A stretch of DNA of 64,000 nucleotides from the human T2T-CHM13v2.0 reference genome, Homo sapiens. The translations under genes and the position numbers were made by a program. The stretch is from the NCBI RefSeq assembly GCF_009914755.1, contig NC_060928.1; one strand, 5' to 3'. Position 1 is the first letter of the stretch. Every line of letters starts with the position of its first letter. The notes beneath the pieces were generated by a model. It was given only the letters and a program-made list of their open reading frames with translations. It did not search any database and had not been told where the DNA came from. Shown here in pieces: positions 11,994-23,598 of this stretch.

Positions 11994-13790
11994 TGTCTTC
12001 TTATATTAATAAGAAAAATAAAACGAAATAGTGGTAAAGTGTTGGGACGGCGAAAATTTTGGGGGATGGTATGGAGAGATAATGGGCGATGTTTCTCAGG
12101 GCTGCTTTGAGCGGGATTAGGGGCGGCATGGGAACCTAGAGTGGGAGAGATTAAGCTGAAGGAAGATTCTGTGGTAAGGGGTGATATTGTGGGGTTGTTA
12201 GAAGAAACATTTGTCATTTAGAATGATTGGTGATGGCCTGGATACAGTTTTGTATGAATTGAAAAACTAAACGGAATAAGAGAAGGAGAAAAACAGGTAT
12301 TAAAGGACTAAGAATTGGAAGGACCTAGGACATCTAATTAGAGAGTACCTAAGGAGGTTCAGCATAGCCTTGCCAGTAAGGATTATTTATTTACTTTAAG
12401 AGTTAAGAGTGGTGGTTTGGGGATAGCACCAGGAGATATCAGCTGTGATGGCTTGGAGAAACAGTGTAAACTGGCAGTGTAAACAAGAGCAGGGCATGTA
12501 TGAGTAGTTGAGAACGGTGAATAGGAGTATGACTAGACAGAAGACAGTAGGGATGACAAGTTTTTTGGGGCACAATCCAAGTTGGTCTGGTGTCTGGAAT
12601 GAGACTGGGGCCTAATAAAAAGGAGCATCTATACGGGAGCTTAAATGGGCTGTACTTTGTAGCATTTTGAGGACAGGCCTGAATTCTGAGAAGGGGAAGT
12701 GGTAAAAGTATTGTCCAGTCCTTTTTAAGTTGGTGGCTGAGCTTGGTGAGGTGTGTTTTTAAAAGACCTTTAGTCCGTTCTACTTTTCTTGAAGACAGAG
12801 GACCGTAAGGGATATAAAGGTTTCACTGAATACTAAGAGCCCGAAAAACTGCTTGGCTGATTTGACTAATAAAGGCTGGTCTGTTATCAGACTATAGAGG
12901 TGGGAAGGCCAAACTGAGGAATTATTTCCAACAGAAGGGAAGAAATGACTACGGTGGCTATCTCAGACCCTGTAGGAAAGCCTCTACCTATTCAGTGAAA
13001 GTGTCTACCTAGACTAAGAGGTATTTTAGTTTCCTGATTCAGGACATGTTGAGGAGTAAAGCTAATTTGCCAGTCCTGGGCGGGGGCAAATCCCTGAGCT
13101 TGATGTGTAGGGAAGGGAGGGGGCCTGAATAATCCCTAAGGTGTAGTAGAATAGCAGATGGAACACTGATAAGTTATTTCCTTGAGGATAGATTTCTAAG
13201 ATGGAAAGGAAATGAGAGGTTCTAAGAGGCGGGCTAGTGGCTTGCACTATAGCATAGCCTGCCTTTGCTGGTGTGTGGCGATTAGGCCTGGTGGAACTGC
13301 CATCAATAAATCAAGCATGATCAGGGTGAAGAACAGGAAAGAAGGAAATATGGGGAAATGGGGTGAATGTCAGGTAGATCAGAGAGATACAGTCATGAGG
13401 GTCAGGTGTGGTATCAGGAATAATGTGGGAGGCCGGATTGAAGTCTGGGCCAGGAACAATGGTAATTGTGGGACTTAACAAAGAGTGAGTACAGCTGAAG
13501 GAGCCGGGGAGCAGAAAGTATATGTGTCAGGTATGAGGAAGAAAATTGATTTTGGAAGTTATGAGAAATGTAGAGAGTGAGTTGAGCATAGTTTGTGATT
13601 TTTAGGGCCTCTAAAAGTATTAGGGCAGGAGCAGCCACTGCACACAGACATGAGGGCTAGACTAAAACAGTAAGGTCAAGTTATTTGGACAGAAAGGCTA
13701 CAGGTGCGGTCCTGGCTCTTGTGTAAGAATTCTGACCATACTAACTATGCCTAGGAAGGAAAGGAGTTGTTGTTTTATAAGGGATTGAGG
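11994..13790 (-). pseudogene. HERV-H 3' pol / env remnants, 3'UTR and polypurine tract
   Basis: Continuous HERV-H internal composition (C-rich minus strand) with many stops; ends in the purine-rich AAGAAGACA. Confidence 0.75.
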
Positions 13791-13799
13791 TTTAGGAGA

Positions 13800-14531
13800 T
13801 TAATTGGACATGATCAGCAGGGAGAGCACGTGTGTTTTTATGAGAATTATGCCGAGGTAGGTAACGGATGGAGAAGAAATTTGAGCTTTGGAGGGGGATA
13901 CCCAATATCCTTTGGAGAATAAATGCAGAAGGAGCAGAAGTGTGTCTTGTTGAGAAGATTCAAAGGAGGGGCTACAAAGAAGAAGGTCATCAATATATTG
14001 AATAAGGTGAGAAGCAGAGGGGTGGAAAGAAAGTAAATCATGAGAAAGAGCTTGGCTGAAGTAATGAGGACTGTCCCTGAAACCTTGCGGCAGCACAGCC
14101 AAGGTAAGCTGCTGGGACTGATGGGTGTCAGGGTCAGTCCAGGTGAAAGCAAAGAGAGGCTGGGACGAGGAGTGCAGGGGAATAGTGAAAAAAGCATCTT
14201 TAAGATCAAGAATGGAATAGTGAGTTGTGGAGGAAGGTATTGAGGACAAAGGAGTGTACGGTTTTGGCACAACAGGGGGGATAGGCAAAACAATTTGGTT
14301 GATAAGGTGCAGATCCTGAACTAATCTGTAAGACTTGTCCGGTTTTTGGACAGGTAAAATGGGGGAATTGTAAGGAGAGTTTATAGGTTTTAGAAGCCCA
14401 TGCTGTAGCAGGCGAGTGATAACAGGCTCTAATCCTTTTAAAGCGTGCTGTGGGATGGGATATTGGCGTTGAGCGGGGTAAGGGTGATTAGGTTTTAATG
14501 AGATGGTAAGGGGTGCATGATCGGTCACCAA
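13800..14531 (-). pseudogene. pol: HERV-H pol reverse transcriptase core (243 open codons)
   Basis: SPYNSPILPVQKPDKSYRLVQDL, ILDLKDAFF, VLPQGFRDSP, LIQYIDDLLL, VTYLG motifs of gammaretroviral RT; stop upstream and frameshift downstream. Confidence 0.93.
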
Positions 14532-14719
14532 GAAGGGAGTAGAGGTATCTTATACTTGTGGGTTAAAGTGGGGGAATACAAGAGGAGGATGCAAAGGAGG
14601 CTTTGGATTGGGAAGAAGGGCAGCAATGAGATGTAGCTGTAATCCAGGAATAGTCAGTGAAGCAGATAATTTAGTTAAAGTGTCTCGGCCTAACAAGGGA
14701 ACTGGGCAGGTGGGGATAA

Positions 14720-14908
14720 CTAAAAGGAGTGCTTAAAAGAGTATGGTCTAAGTTGGCACCAGAGTTGGGGAGTTTTAAGAGGTTTAGAAGCCTGGCTGTC
14801 AATACCCACAACAGTTATGGAGGCAAGGGAAACAGGCCCTTGAAAAGAAGGTAATGTGGACTGGGTAGCCTCCGTATTGATTAAGAAGGGGACGGACTTA
14901 CCTTCCAC
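14720..14908 (-). pseudogene. pro: HERV-H protease remnant
   Basis: VPFLINTEATQSTLP (catalytic DTG reads NTE), flap VVGIDSQ; premature stop. Confidence 0.88.
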
Positions 14909-14974
14909 TGTGAGAGTTATGTGAAGCTTGGTGTCCGTGATGGTCTAGAGGGCTTCCGAGGCGATCGGGCAGCA

Positions 14975-15320
14975 TCAGTCTTCAGCCACTAAGCTGAGAA
15001 GGAGTCAGTCAGAGAGCCTTGGGCCAGAGTTCCAGGGGCTCTGGGAGTGGCTGCCAGGTGAGTTGAACAGTCTGATTTCCAGTGGGGTCCCGCACAGTTG
15101 GGACACGGCTTAGGAGGAATCCTGGGCTGTGGGCATTCCTTGGCCTGGTGGTCAGATTTCTGGCACTTGTAGCAAGCTCCTGGGGGAGGAGGTTCTGGAG
15201 GAACGCCTGGCCACTGCGGTTCAGCGTTTGGAAGTTCTTGCGTGCTGGAGATGTGGCTGGGGTTTGTCTCACTGTGGAGGCAAGGCATTGCAACTTTTTT
15301 CTATTATTGTACACCTTGAA
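14975..15320 (-). pseudogene. gag: HERV-H gag C-terminus (nucleocapsid)
   Basis: CYKCQKSDHQAKEC (CCHC) plus a second knuckle CPNCAGPHWKSDC; ends near GCTGAAGACTGA (AED-stop). Confidence 0.88.
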
Positions 15321-16782
15321 GGCAAGGTTAATTAAATCCTGTTGTGGGGTTTGAGGGCCAGAATTTAATTTTTGGAGTTTTATTTAATGTCAGGAGCAGA
15401 TTGGGTAATAAAATATATTTTGAGAATAAGACGGCCTTTTGACCTTTTAGGGTCTAGGGCTGTAAAGTGTCTCAGGGTTGCTGCCAAACAAGTCATGAAC
15501 TGGGCTGGATTTTTATATTTGATGAAAAAGAGCCTAAATGCTATCTGATTTGGGATAAAGAAAAAGGAGCATTAACCTTGACTATGTCTTTAGCTCCAGC
15601 CACCTTTTTAAGAGTAAATTGCTGGGCAGGTGGGGGAGGGCTAGTCATGGAAGGAAGCTGTAAGCCAGACCAGGTGTGAGGAGGGGAGGTGATAAAATGA
15701 TTATAGGGTGTGGGAGCAGAGGCTGAGGAAGAATTAGGAGCTAACTCGGCCTGGTGAGGAGGGGAGAGGTCAGATGGGTCTGTAGAAAAGGAAGATTAGA
15801 AAGACTCAGCGACGCTTGGGGTTGGGACTGAGGGGACAGGTGGGAGGGAAAGAAGGAAGATTTGGGATGAGTTGCACTGGGAACAGAGACTAGAGAGGGA
15901 CCGATGTATAAAAGAATGCCTGGACATCAGGCACCTCAGACCACTTGCCCAGTTTACGACAAGAATTATTTAGATCTTGCAGGATGGAAAAACTGAAAGT
16001 GCCGTTTTCTGGCTATTTGGAACTACTGTCGAGTTTGTATTGGGGTCAAGTGGCATTGCAGAAGAAAATAAGACACTTAGATTTTAGGTCAGGTGAGAGT
16101 TGAAGAGGTTTTAAGTTCTTAAGAACACAGGCTAAGGGAGAAGAAGGAGGAATGGAAGGTGGAATCTTGCCCAGAGTGAAGGAGGCAAGCCCAAAGAAAA
16201 GAGTAGAGACATGGAGAAGGGGTAGGGGGTTCTTGCCCTCCAGAAAAGCAGAGAAGGGGTCGACGTGCAGAGATATGAGGTTGGGGCATGGAAATAAGGG
16301 ATCGGGGTGCAGAGATATGAGGTTGGGGTACTTGCCCCTCCCCTAGAAAAGCGGGACTTGCCGCTAAGGGTGAAGGAGAAGGGGTTGGGGGTTTCTTGCC
16401 CCCCAGAAAGGCGAAGAAGGGGTAGAGACACAGAGAGAAGGGGTTGGGGTCCTTGTCCCTCCCCCAGAAAAGCAGGACTTGCCACTAAGGGTGAAGGACC
16501 AAGGCAGGCATCCCTGCGTGGTCTCACACCTCTGAAACGTGGGTGAATAATCAGAGAGGCGTACCTGCAATGATTAAACACCAAGGGAAGGCTGCCTTCC
16601 CAGTCTGTGACCGGCACTGGAGTTTTGGGTCCACGGATAAAACGTGTCTCCTTTGTCTCTACCAGAAAATGAAAGGAATTGAAATTAAAAGAAGGGAGAG
16701 ATTGAAGTGTGGCACCAAGATTGAAAGGAGAAAGAGGTTGAGGGATAATGAGGGAGGTTGGAGAAGAGGGTAAAAAGAGGCC

Positions 16783-16791
16783 GCTTACCAG
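16783..16791 (-). promoter_or_regulatory. HERV-H major splice donor (CTG|GTAAGC, intron starts 16788)
   Basis: Minus strand AATTTCAAATCTG|GTAAGCGGCC, about 130 nt downstream of the PBS. Confidence 0.8.
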
Positions 16792-16914
16792 ATTTGAAAT
16801 TGGTGAGATGTTTCTTGGGCTAGTCGGTCTGAGGACCTGAGGTCGTAGGTGGATCTTTCTCATGGAGCAAAGAACAGGAGGACAGGGGATTGATCTCCCA
16901 AGGGAGGTCCCGCG

Positions 16915-16932
16915 ATCCAAGTCACGGCACCC
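16915..16932 (-). promoter_or_regulatory. Primer binding site, tRNA-His
   Basis: GGGTGCCGTGACTTGGAT vs TGGTGCCGTGACTCGGAT (16/18), 2 nt after the LTR end. Confidence 0.92.
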
Positions 16933-16934
16933 AA

Positions 16935-17339
16935 TTTCATTCGTGTCTGTGTGAAGAGACCACCAAACAGGCTTTGTGTGAGCAATAAAGCTGTTTATTT
17001 CACCTGGGTGCAGGTGGGCTGAGTTCGAAAAGAGAGTCAGCAAAGGGAGATAAGGGTGGGGCCGTTTTATAGGATTTGGGTAGGTAAAGGAAAAAGGGGG
17101 GTTGTTCTCTGGCAGGCAGGAGTGGGGGGTCACAAGGTACTCAATGGGGGAGCTTTTGAGCCAGGATGAGCCAGGAGAAGGAATTTCACAAGACAATGTC
17201 ATCAGTTAAGGCAGGAACAGGCCATTTTCACTTCTTCTGTGGTGGAATGTCATCATTTAAGGCAGGAACCAGCCATCTGGATGTGTACGTGCAGGTCACA
17301 GGGGATATGATGGCTTAGCTTGGGCTCAGAGGCCTGACA
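16935..17339 (-). promoter_or_regulatory. LTR7 (HERV-H 5' LTR, 405 bp): promoter with TATAAAA (17065-17071), GC/GT box (about 17054-17063), AATAAA (16994-16999)
   Basis: Minus strand TGTCAGGCCTCTGAGCCCAAGCTAAGCC...ATGAAA; tandem GTTCCTGCCTTAA.TGATGACATT U3 repeats. Confidence 0.96.
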
Positions 17340-18250
17340 AACACTCAGGCTGCGATGTCCACATGCAGGCATGCCAGCTCTCCTGGTGCTGCAGGGAGTG
17401 GGGGTAGGAAGAGAAGTGTGTGAGCCATAGGCTGAGGCCTCTGTTTGCACCCTTGCTGGGGCCCACAGATGTTTAGGATGACCCCAATTCTAAGTGCATG
17501 CAGGTAATGCTATGCTCTGCTGATCTGGTGGTTCTCGTGTATAGAAACACTAATTAATGACAAAATTTAGGAAGTGTCGCTGGGCCTGCTTTTGTGTGTT
17601 CACCTGTTTATTTTCCCTTTTGAAAAATCTTTAGGTTGTGAGGCGATTTTAAAAATTTAAGGCAAAAGTTGTAAAAAGGTCAAAATTTCCTCTGCATTTA
17701 AAGTGGTTTCTTGTCCATATACCCCTGTACTTATGAAGATGCTTACCTTTTTAGTCCAGGTTTTTATTCTGCTGTTGGTTCAAGCTCCTTTCATCAGCTA
17801 GAGGTCATCTGATAAAATATGCTTAGAATTGGCAATTCTTTTAATTTGGAGAATATTAAGCACTGATTTCAGGACCTCTCTAGTCATTTCTTTCAGCATT
17901 TAAACATTAAAAAATGAATATGTTATATAAAAAATAGCTTCATTTAAGTGTTGCAGTAGTCTAAAGGTACAAAATAGTGTATGGTGAAAAGTAAGTCACC
18001 TGCCCACTCTTGTCCTCTAATTGACCCTTTGGATGCAACCACTGTTATACATTTCTGATATAGAGGCATATATGTATATAAAGTTTTCCTTTATAAACAC
18101 AAACAAAGGTCTACTGCACACATGTAACTTGGGAACATTCAATGTCAGTACATACCCAGCCACATCTTTCTTTTTAATGAGTACACGGCATAAATGGAAG
18201 AAATTTGGGCTTTAATTATGGAAGATATGGTAAAGTTTGGAATTCAATAT

Positions 18251-18290
18251 TGTGGTGTTATTACATGTATTATATATTACATATATATCT

Positions 18291-18333
<43 letters not shown>

Positions 18334-19075
18334 GTTTTTGTCCATGGTTTCTGGCTCATAACTCCCATAAACCCTGTTACAGGCTTTTGTTATAATGATG
18401 GGTGTGTTAAGCCTCAGAAGACAGAATCTATCTGAACTTCTCCTGCTCTCCTTTCACTTTCCCCAAGGCAGGACTCTAATCTTCCCTGCCTTTATGATTG
18501 CCAGTTATAAGCCCCTCATTCTAGAGAGGGTCCAGCCCCATACCCTGGGGAAGGAATGCTGATATCATGAAGCTTCCATAAAAATCCACGAGGACTGGGT
18601 TTGGAGAGCTTCTGGATAGCCAAACACATTGAGGTTCCTGGAGGGTGGTGCTCACAGGGAGGGCATGGAAGCTCCACCCACTTCCCTCATGCCTGTCCTG
18701 TGCACCTCTTCATCTGTATCCTTTGTAATATCCTTTATAGTATATTGGTAAATGTGTTTCCCTGAGTTCTGTGAGCCCCTCCAACAAATTAATCTAAGAA
18801 GGGGTCATGGGAGCCCCAAGTTGAAGCCAGTGGGTCAGAAGTTCGACTGGTGTCTGAAAGGTGGGGGCCAGTTTTAGTGACTGAACCTTCAATTTGTGGA
18901 ATCTGAAGCTATCTCCAGGTAGTGTCAGAGTTGACTTGGAGGACACCCAGCTGGTGGCCACTGCTTGGTGGTGGGGAAAAAAACCCACACATTTGGTCAC
19001 AGAAGTCTTCTGTGTTGATTGGTTTTTGTGGTGTGAGAGCAGAGAAAAAGCACAAATAAGTTTTTCTGAAATAAA
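18251..19075 (+). mobile_element. MER21-type LTR with an internal (TCTA)n microsatellite at 18291-18333
   Basis: tgtggtg..ttctggctcataactcc..gaggttcctggagggtggtgc..gtttccctgagttctgtgagc..gacacccagctggtg..cacacatttggtcacagaagt. Confidence 0.85.
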
Positions 19076-19132
19076 TGTTATATGCTATTTAGTGAAAACT
19101 TTTCAAGAAGCCCATCCCCAGTTCACCTAAAG

Positions 19133-19452
19133 CAGGGGTCAGCAAACTGTCACCCCAGCTAAATCTGGCCCACTGCCTATTTTTATATGACCCACGAACT
19201 ATGGCATTTATACCTTAAAAGGCAAAAGAAGAATAGTATACCATGTCATGTAAAAATTATATGAAATTCAAATTTCAGTGTTTATAAATAAAGTTTTATT
19301 GGAACACAGCCACACTCGATCACTTATGTATTATCAATGGCTGCTTTTGCATGATTATGGCAGAGTTGAGGTGTTGGGACAGAGACCAAATGGCTGCAAA
19401 GCTGGAAATATTTACCCTCTGCTTTATTAGAGGAAAAGTTTGCTGACCGCTG
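19133..19452. mobile_element. MER58B hAT element, full length
   Basis: TIRs CAGGGGTCAGCAAACT..AGTTTGCTGACCGCTG; degenerate 8-bp TSD ACCTAAAG/ACCTAATC. Confidence 0.9.
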
Positions 19453-21296
19453 ACCTAATCACAGATATAGTTCAACACTTTGATCACTTAAAGTTTGGTA
19501 ATGGGAGTATATGGACAGCACGCATGTGGGGAATTAGAAAATTCTCCAAAGTGTTTGTCTTGCTGGGAGAAATTCTGGAATCTTTTGACTGGGCTAAATC
19601 TGGCATAATTTTAAATAAAAAAGAAAACTGATTATTTTATCTTATTTGAAATCCAAAAGACAAGATGTACTAATTATCAAAAGTTATTTAAAAGTTCAAT
19701 CAAAAACAGACTTACTAATGGATTGAAGTGGATAACTTCCTAACCTTTCTTGTAAGCATGGTCTTAATTTAGAAATTAGCTGTGCATTAGAAAATAAAAT
19801 ATGAAAGAGAGTTTGTACCAAAGGGAACTGACTTTTGGTCCTTTTCATTCTCAGGGATGAATCAGAGAGGCCAGACAAATGGTCTTTTCTCAAATCTGGA
19901 GCTGAGTAGAATTTTTCAGACACAGTGAACCCTTACTCATGTGTTATTTAGGGATATATCATGGCTAATGTTTTTTTTCTCTCTAAACATTTAAAAATAA
20001 AAATACTGTATCTATAAGAAATGAAGTTTTTCCTTTTGGGCAATAGAGACAATAATAATATACACACTCACAGTTATTTGCATCCAAGAGACACAAAGTG
20101 CTCTCTCAACTTTAAATAAATAATATTAAGATCTTTTAGATGGCAAAAAAGAAAGCAAGATGCACCTAAGTCATGAGGAAATTGATGTTTCAGATCACAT
20201 ATCTATTCTAACAATAGTGAAAAGCAATAAATTAAGAGGAAAAATGTAACCGCCAAGAAACATAGCTAGAAAAGAAAAATTTTTGGCCAGCCTCACTCAT
20301 CCTTGACTAGCTTTTCAGAACTGGACATAAGAGTGGCAGATGGAAACTGAGAACAGTAAAGATTATAGATAAGAGAAGAGAAAGAGTAGTATACCTTCTG
20401 GAAAGCTGTCCATCTATGATCTTAAGAGCTGTCACCTATGAATTGTTTCATCAAGCCCAAAATGATCAATATTTGTTATGTGAAGTTTTGGGGGAGTAAG
20501 GGTAATGTAAGCGTTCTTGTTCTAAAGAAAAGGAAATTGAGGATAAGAGACGTTAGTGCTTTATCTGAGTTAGTGCTCAAAGCTGAAACCATTACCAGAC
20601 ATTTTGAAACAGCTAACCAGCAATTCCGTTTTCTTCCTTAATCATGGATTGAGCACCTCCTATGTTGAAAGCATTGTACCAGGCATAATAGAAAAAAAAA
20701 AGATACGTAAAACAAGCCCCTTGTCTTTGAAACCTATAGTTTAGTGGAGACATAGAATCCAAGCCACCAAGCACTCTTGGTAACATTATCCACAACGCTG
20801 GTTGAATGACCCAAAGAAAGACTTGTAGAAATTAAGCATGTGAGAAACTGTTTTAACATTTTATTTTCAGTAAATAAAAGAGAAGTGTTTCAACTGGAGG
20901 TCAGATGCAAAATTAAGAGTGGGGCATGTGAATCTGTTCTAAGTGATGGGCTGTAGGACTCTCCTGTGTTGCCAGAACTGGAAGAGACACCATTAGAAAA
21001 CCCACTGAGCTTAAATTAACATCCTTTCCAGGTGGATCTGGAGGCTGAATTGATGGGCACAGTGGGTCAAATTATTTTTTACAGATTTAAATCTTTGATT
21101 AAAAAATCTCTTTTTAATCTTCGAACCAATTGGAGTTTATTTTGGTGAATTTTAGATTTTTTTTGTTCCAAATAACAAATGGTCCCAGCACCATTTGTTG
21201 AATAATGAATTGTTCCTTTCCCCCACTGATTTGTGAAAATATCAATTGTCACCATTTCCTGAATATCTGTTATGTATCAGGTGCTTTGATATGTTT

Positions 21297-21838
21297 TGTA
21301 ATGGATTTGTGCCTTTTCTAGGTGATGCAAAATCTGAAATTCCTTCCTGCATTTGATAAATTGTCTACCTTATGAATCTTGCTAGGGAAGGAGAGCTTGC
21401 CTTCACTATAAAACTTGAAAATGCCAAGAACTTATTTTCCTAGACTCCTCTGAACTTAGGTTAGGAGCAACCAATCAACAGACCCTCTCTGGAATTTACA
21501 ACTGGATCTATTGATTCAAAGAGGGTGGACCAAGCCAATGCCATTCTGATGAGTGATCCAGCAACAACTGCTGTCTTGGAGCATATGTGGCCATGCCAGC
21601 AGTGACACCCAGGATTCAGTGGTAGGGCTAGCAGTCCTCACATGCTCTTTGGGGGCATGAATTCCTGTGGTCCTGGCTGCTGTCTAGCCTTCCTTGTTCT
21701 TCCCTTTTCCCAAGACTGTTTCTCTGCCCTTCTCAGAAATTTTGTAAGCAACACAAGAGCCCTGAATAAATTCCTCATCTGCCCAGATTAGCCAGATTAT
21801 GTCTCTGCCACTTGTAACTAAAAACCTTGACTAATACA
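21297..21838 (+). mobile_element. Old ERVL LTR (LTR33-like)
   Basis: TGTAATGGATTTG start; aataaattcc..ttagccaga..cttgtaactaaaaaccttgactaataCA end. Confidence 0.6.
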
Positions 21839-21844
21839 TGTAGG

Positions 21845-22015
21845 ATATCATTTGATTCTCAAATCGTCACACCTTAAAGATACATATCACCATCCCCATT
21901 CCATTTTAGGTAATTAATATTCAGTAAGAGTATTAACTTGCTCAAGAGTGCATGGACTGGAATTCAAATCCAGGTTTGAATTTATCTGATTCTGAAGTTC
22001 ATACTCTTTCTACTC
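21845..22015 (-). mobile_element. MIR fragment
   Basis: catccccatt..taacttgctcaag..aattcaaatccagg..tctgattct. Confidence 0.55.
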
Positions 22016-23180
22016 TATCACACAATTCCAACATTATCATAAACTATGACACACACACACATACATATGAGTGCTCTCTCTCTCTCAAGGCAGAAACTAT
22101 ATGTAATTTTTTGGTGTATGCTTTCATTATGCTCCATTGGTATAGCCTAGTGCTGCCATCACACTGTTTGATTTATTGCACCTTTATAATAAGTTTTAAA
22201 TTTGAGTAGAGTAAGTTCTCCTTTATTCTTTTAAATCCTTTTCTTGCCTCTTTTTGAATGTTTCTTTTCCCAGATGAGCAATTGGATAATTTTGCAAAGT
22301 TTTCCCCAAATGATGGAGGAACAAATTAGCAGCTTGAATTTGAGGTGCTTAATGTTATTTTCACTTAACAGGGTTACATGAGGTAACCTTCATCGCTCCC
22401 ACATGTGTATGTGTGCACACATTCACGCACACGCTCACAAATATGTACCTATATAAAGACTTTTTGTACTTATATAAAGACTCCTTGTTTGTTAGCTTCA
22501 GCATATTTTCAAATTCTGTAGAGGCAGAAAGCATGGCAGTATTGGTCCAAGAAGCCGTTGGACATTGAGGCTGGTCAACAAATGGAAAGAAGATGCCTTG
22601 ATAAGAGAGTAGCAGTGGGGAGGAAAATACTTCTTCGCAGGCTTTATTTCTTATATTGCTTTGTTCCTGCAGAAAGCAGCATGGTTCACTTTGATTCTTC
22701 CATTCTTTTCTCCAAGCATAATTTTTATGCTGTGGGAATTCTTTCCAAGCAACACTCGACAAATAAACCCCAGGAAAATGTCTGATTTGCGTTTGCACAT
22801 AATTTTCCTGGTGTGGATTCTAGGTAATAGAAAGCCTAAATAATGTCCATGGTCCTGGAAGAATTTCTGTAATTATGGCTTTGTTGAGGCTCTGTTAAGA
22901 ACCAATGAGACCCACAGTCCTCGTCTGGTCCAATAAACCAAGAGAGTAATTTCCACCTCTTTAAGTGGATATAGATTTGATACATAGCTGTTCATCACGA
23001 ATTAATGAAAAGCCCCTACTTTTGATCCAGGAGGACACCAGGCTCTTCCTTCTCTCTTGCAGAAAAACATTCAAGTACAAACATCCTTGTGAGAATCCCC
23101 CATAGGAAATTCTATGCATCTGCTCAGATTAAAAAGGCATCAACTTATTTATTTCCTCTAATAGAGAGGGACTTCTCTGA

Positions 23181-23598
<418 letters not shown>

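Larger units (their letters stand above)
16132..17202 (-). other. 356-codon open frame across LTR7 and the leader, homologous to the ESRG/HESRG-type HERV-H leader ORF; translation unproven
   Basis: TLFS.SA.LHPGEINS..AHTKPVWWSLHTD..RGTSLGRSIPCPP..RKIHLRPQVLRPTSPRNISP matches my recollection of the ESRG protein frame. Confidence 0.55.
11994..17339 (-). mobile_element. HERV-H provirus (internally deleted RTVL-H type), 5' LTR only, flanked by 5-bp TSD AACAC
   Basis: LTR7 + tRNA-His PBS + gag zinc knuckles + protease + RT ORF + 3'UTR ending ..TTATTAATATAAGAAGACA; AACAC at 11989-11993 and 17340-17344. Confidence 0.96.

Noticed and set aside
16190-16500. Tandem repeats in the HERV-H leader as a novel feature
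   Set aside because: Variable C-rich repeats are a normal part of the HERV-H pre-gag leader
16915-16932. tRNA-His gene
   Set aside because: Only the 18-nt 3' end is matched; this is the retroviral PBS
17345-17485. MER115-like element as the HERV-H target
   Set aside because: Only a weak resemblance at ..ggggcccacagatgtttagg; cannot be supported by eye
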